A stretch of 64,000 nt of DNA from an uncultured Desulfospira sp. (GTDB taxonomy: Bacteria; Desulfobacterota; Desulfobacteria; Desulfobacterales; Desulfobacteraceae), in contig OY760175.1 in assembly GCA_963663165.1 (NCBI GenBank), positions 4,960,001 through 5,024,000 of the forward strand, given 5' to 3'. Shown one piece after another: positions 59,964 to 64,000 of the stretch (the first letter of the stretch is position 1; each line of letters starts with the position of its first letter). Both the position numbers and the translations under genes were made by a program. A model generated the notes under the pieces. It did not search any database. It worked only from the letters and a program-made list of their open reading frames with translations, and was not told the DNA's origin.

Positions 59964-59981
59964 AGAAATCTGACCGAACAT

Positions 59982-60043
59982 AAAAAAAGGGGGCTGCAAG
60001 GGTCTCCGGAGAAAATCCGGATGTTCTGCAGCCCCCTTTTTTT
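59982..60043. terminator. Bidirectional terminator-like hairpin
   Basis: A7-GGGGGCTGCA..TGCAGCCCCC-T7 between convergent amtB and EF-hand genes. Confidence 0.75.
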
Positions 60044-60072
60044 CATGATTTGGGGGGAATAAAAATCTGGGA

Positions 60073-60708
60073 TTAAACCACGAGGCTGGAAAAAATGCTG
60101 TCGCCGGATGAATCCGCATCCCCTGCCAGAAGGCTCAAGAAATTGGCGTTGGCTTTTTCATAAGCGCTGATGGCAAAGGATGTAATCGAAGTCAAATCAT
60201 CTTCTTCCTCATCATCTTCTTCCGCCATGCCGCCGGGAGGCGGTCCACCGGCTGCTGCGCCGCCTTCAGGGGCCGAGGCCAGGTACGCTTCAAGTTCATC
60301 TTCACTGATGAAGCCGTCCCCGTCGCTGTCCGCCGTTGCAAACATCTCTTCGGTCAGGGGTGTTTCTTCGATGGACAGAAGGCCGTCCCCATCCTCATCA
60401 TCGGATTCCATAATGGAGGCCGCGTCCATTGCCGGAGGGGCCTGGCCAGGGCCTGCCGCCATGTAGGCTTCAAGTTCTTCCCGGGTCAGATAGCCGTCAC
60501 TGTCGCTGTCTGCCGTGTTGAACATGTCCTGGGACAGCGCGGTCTCTTCAAGGGTTAAAACCCCGTCGCTGTCGGCATCGTCCTGGGCAATGAGTTCTGC
60601 CGCGCTTTGGATCTGTTCGTAGTCCTGTGAAACCGAACTGGACTGGAGCATTCCCGAAGCGCTGGTCAGGCTGTACAAAATGGACTGTCCTACGCTGTTA
60701 ACATTCAT
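60073..60708 (-). CDS. Acidic EF-hand calcium-binding protein
   Basis: Four loops: DADSDGVLTLEE, DSDSDGYLTREE, DEDGDGLLSIEE, DSDGDGFISEDE. Confidence 0.88.
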   Translation of the reverse strand: MNVNSVGQSILYSLTSASGMLQSSSVSQDYEQIQSAAELIAQDDADSDGVLTLEETALSQDMFNTADSDSDGYLTREELEAYMAAGPGQAPPAMDAASIMESDDEDGDGLLSIEETPLTEEMFATADSDGDGFISEDELEAYLASAPEGGAAAGGPPPGGMAEEDDEEEDDLTSITSFAISAYEKANANFLSLLAGDADSSGDSIFSSLVV

Positions 60709-60738
60709 TGTGATCTCCTCTTGTCAATTTTGGTTCCG

Positions 60739-60886
60739 TATAACCGTCACGGACGGCTTGGATTATCCAACCAAGCACCGTCCACAACAAATATTGAAAG
60801 TCTTCTCAGGACGTTAGTGAGACTTTCATATAAACCGTCACGGACGGCTTGAATTATCCAACCAAGAACCGTCCACAACAAAAGCA
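60739..60886 (+). repeat. Alternating A-B-A hairpin array
   Basis: A 60742-60788 and 60833-60879; B 60789-60832 nearly identical to 19441-19484. Confidence 0.9.
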
Positions 60887-61286
60887 GTTGTACATATATA
60901 GCCTGAAGCAATAATAATGCCGATTTTATGGAAAGTATCCGGCAGCCGGTAAAAATCCCATGGGATTGCTCTATATTCCCGGGGGGAGAAGTTGGATGGA
61001 ATTTTTTTAAGAAACTTGATTACCCAAGATGGTGCAGCTGCCTGACGGTCCGGCATCCGCAAAAAGGCCAGTTTGAAGAAAAACAATCATATGGGACTAA
61101 ATTATTAAAAAAATGTCCCAAAGGTCTCAAAGCCCTTGCAAATAATCCCCAACCCGGCAGTTTCTGCTCAATGGAACCCGGAAAAATAATCCGGGTCAGG
61201 TCTGCGGCCATGCAATGGTATCTGAAAATGGCCATCAAGTTGATGGCCGCTTTAGAGATGTCGGCCTAAAGTGGCGGCCTGGAATG

Positions 61287-63560
61287 TTAAATTTTATCCA
61301 GGATTTCCCTGGCCTGGTCAGCGCCATTGAAGTCGGGTTGAAGTTCCAGGGCCTTTTTCAGGTATTTTTCAGCGTTTGTATAGTCCCATTTTTCGTTGTA
61401 CGCCAGGCCCAGATGAAAATTGAAAATGGGATTGCCGGGCTCTTTTTCAACGCAGTTTTTAAATTCCTCAATGGCGGAATCATAGACTTTGCGTTTGTAG
61501 TAGACCCATCCCAAGGTGTCCATGATGGCCGGCACTTCCCCGCCAAGTTCCCTGGCTTTGCTGGCAAGCTCTAACGCCACATTCATCTCTCTCTCCTGTT
61601 CAGCGTATAAAAAGGCAAGGTTGTTCATGGCCGGGATATAGTCCGGATTCAGCTCCAGGGCTTTTTTATAATGGGTTTCAGCCAGGTCGAATTTTTGCTG
61701 CTGTTCATAAAGGGTGGCCAGGTGGCTGTGAGGGGCGCCCTGGTCCGGTCTGTTTTCAATCAGTTGCTGGTAAAGCTTAATCTCCTGCTCTGTTTTGTTT
61801 TCTGAGTGGAGAATTTTGGCCATGGACAAGTAGGGCGAAATAAACTGGGGGTTCTTTTCTATTGAAGCCTGAAACATTTCCTTTGCCTGTTGAAGCCGGT
61901 CTGACTGGACCAGCAGATTGCCTTTCAAGTCCAGGACAATAGAGGTTGCAATGGGGTTTTCTGCTACCGCCTTGATCTGGATATCACATTTTTCAAGGGC
62001 GGGTTCAAGCTCCTTTTGGATGACATGAAGCCGGACAATATTGGTAAAGACATCCATCAGATAGGGGTTTATGGCAAGGGCCTTGTCATAGGCGGCCAGA
62101 GCCGCCTGGGGGTCATTCTGGGCCGCCTTGATATTGCCGAGCCTGAAATATGCAGCTGGCGCATTGGGGTCATCCTGGATTAAATCCTGATAAATGGATT
62201 CGGCCTGGTCAAACTCCTTTTGGGCACTGAGAATATTGCCCTTGAGCAGCAGGGCTTTGTAGTCTTTGGGCTTTAAGGCCAAAGCTTTTTCAATTTGGGT
62301 TAGGGCCAGGAAATAATCTTTGTTTTTAAAATAGGTGTCTGCCATGGCCAGTCTTGCCGGAAAATGGCGGGGGTTTTCTTCAAGGGCCTTGGACAGGTAA
62401 GTCATTGCCTGGTCACTTTCCCCTTTTTCAAGGAGCAGGGACCCGATGAAAAAATTATAGACATCAGAGTCGGGTTCGTCTTTTAAGAGGGACTGAAAAA
62501 TCCTTAAGGCCTCATCGTTCTTCTTCTGGGCCACCAGTATTTTCCCTTTTACGGTTTTGGCCTGGGGGAAATCGGGCCGGTCAGCCAGAACTTCGTCCAC
62601 GATGGTTTCGGCCTTGTCCAGATTTTTCTGGAGAAAATAGAAATCCGCATAGGCGGTTTTCAGCCCGGCATGGTCCGGTTCGATTTTTAAGGCTTCTTTA
62701 ATATATTTTTCGGCCTTGTCCGGCTGTTCAAGGGTGTTGTAAAATCTTGCGATCAGCATGTACGGCAATGGATTGTCCGGAGCAAGCTCAATGGCTTTTA
62801 AAAACTCTTTTTCAGCGGCTTCGGTTTCTTTGAGGCCGGAGAAAAAAGTGGCCAGCATGATTCTGGAATTTAGGTCCTCAGGTTTTTGCAGGACAAGATT
62901 TTCCAGTACGTTCCGGGCTTCAACGATGTCTTTACGGGACAGATAATATTTAAACAGGGTTTTGTAGGTGTTGATGTCATCGGGATCGGTCTCAAGGGCC
63001 TTTTTTAAAATTTCTTCGGCTTTTTCGTTCTTTTCCTGAGCCAGATAAAGCTGGGACAGGACCAGCATGGCTTTGGTCTGTTTGGGATCTAATTTAAGGA
63101 TGTTATCATAAACCGCCTCAACCGTTTCAAGGTCTTCCTTGTTGCTGCTTAACAGCCCTGCCTGAAGGTACAGGGCCTTGATGTTGTCCGGTTCTTTTTC
63201 CAGGATTTGGTCCAGCCTTTTCTGGCACTCGATTCTGCTTTTGGCCAAAAGGTAAAACGACGCCACCTGCAGCTTGGTGTCAAGGTTGTCCGGCTCCAAT
63301 TGTTCAAGTCTTAGCAATGCGGAAAACGCCTCTTTGGGCTTTTGCTGTTTTAAATAGGTTTGGGACAGAAGGCGGACTGCTTCCACAGACTTCGGGGTCA
63401 GTTGAATGGCGTTTTTCAACTGGATCTCGGCCTTTGCGAAATCTTCCTGGTCAAAATAACTTTTTCCTTCCTGAATAAATTTATCCGCTTTCTGTTGGTC
63501 TGAAGAACACCCGGCAACGACAAAAAGGACAACGGCAATCAAAAGGCAAAAACGTTTCAT
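61287..63560 (-). CDS. TPR-repeat lipoprotein (PrsT-like)
   Basis: Lipobox VAGC; many TPRs; NNLAFLYAE..MDTLGWVYY tail. Confidence 0.88.
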   Translation of the reverse strand: MKRFCLLIAVVLFVVAGCSSDQQKADKFIQEGKSYFDQEDFAKAEIQLKNAIQLTPKSVEAVRLLSQTYLKQQKPKEAFSALLRLEQLEPDNLDTKLQVASFYLLAKSRIECQKRLDQILEKEPDNIKALYLQAGLLSSNKEDLETVEAVYDNILKLDPKQTKAMLVLSQLYLAQEKNEKAEEILKKALETDPDDINTYKTLFKYYLSRKDIVEARNVLENLVLQKPEDLNSRIMLATFFSGLKETEAAEKEFLKAIELAPDNPLPYMLIARFYNTLEQPDKAEKYIKEALKIEPDHAGLKTAYADFYFLQKNLDKAETIVDEVLADRPDFPQAKTVKGKILVAQKKNDEALRIFQSLLKDEPDSDVYNFFIGSLLLEKGESDQAMTYLSKALEENPRHFPARLAMADTYFKNKDYFLALTQIEKALALKPKDYKALLLKGNILSAQKEFDQAESIYQDLIQDDPNAPAAYFRLGNIKAAQNDPQAALAAYDKALAINPYLMDVFTNIVRLHVIQKELEPALEKCDIQIKAVAENPIATSIVLDLKGNLLVQSDRLQQAKEMFQASIEKNPQFISPYLSMAKILHSENKTEQEIKLYQQLIENRPDQGAPHSHLATLYEQQQKFDLAETHYKKALELNPDYIPAMNNLAFLYAEQEREMNVALELASKARELGGEVPAIMDTLGWVYYKRKVYDSAIEEFKNCVEKEPGNPIFNFHLGLAYNEKWDYTNAEKYLKKALELQPDFNGADQAREILDKI

Positions 63561-63946
63561 TGGAAAATTCCCCGTATTCTGGATATCTTTGGCTCTCATC
63601 CATCCAGGATTAAAAAAAGAACCGGTTATTTGGGTCCCGTCCCATTGGTTAAATTGCTAAAAAAATTTAAAGTTAGTATATGGCCTATTCCAGGGTTTGA
63701 ATCAAGGTTTTTCCACCACCAATCCGGGTATCGGCCTTCATCTGGCCGGTGCCGGGCATTAAAAGCGGTTGTTTTTTTTTACAGCAGGCCTTTGATACCC
63801 CTATGGGTTTTTTATTATGGGGTCTTGTTTTGATTAATCTCGTCAGATGGGATATGAAGATAATAAGTAAAATAAAGTATAGTCCAGCTAACCGCTAAAG
63901 GCTAATAGCTAACGGATAACCGTTAAAAAATAACAAAGGAGTTCTA

Positions 63947-64000
63947 ATGACGGATCATCAATGTTCAGGGTGTTCGGGAGCGGTTCCGGACCGGCCCCTT
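63947..64000 (+). CDS. Start of a CDS running off the window (MTDHQCSGCSG..)
   Basis: AAGGAG RBS followed by ATG; open to the window edge. Confidence 0.55.
   Translation, partial: MTDHQCSGCSGAVPDRPL

Overview
Chromosomal window from what gene content suggests is a sulfate-reducing Desulfobacteraceae-like bacterium (inference). 1-15 kb is a rearranged accessory zone. It holds rpoZ, an IS1111-type (IS110 family) element whose 3' non-coding end is interrupted by an ISDol1-like IS, a 5'-truncated greA joined to an IS91-like remnant, decaying surface-protein genes with a duplicated promoter, and a STAND-ATPase/AraC regulator, and it ends at tRNA-Val. 16-64 kb is mostly core: c-di-GMP enzymes, a Mop aldehyde oxidoreductase with the DVU_1551-1558-type/TrsS cluster, queCED, trmO, argC, hemC-cobA/hemD-moaA, a liv operon, a lexA-DUF72-imuB-like-dnaE2 cassette, amtB, an EF-hand protein and a TPR lipoprotein. 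The most striking observation is a set of dispersed intergenic arrays of two alternating ~45-bp hairpin units joined by an AAC core. One unit (B) resembles a miniature of the IS1111-type element, and the other (A) matches that element's two flanks, so each array reads as concatenated attL/attR-like junctions of a bridge-type recombinase. All calls were made by eye, without database searches.
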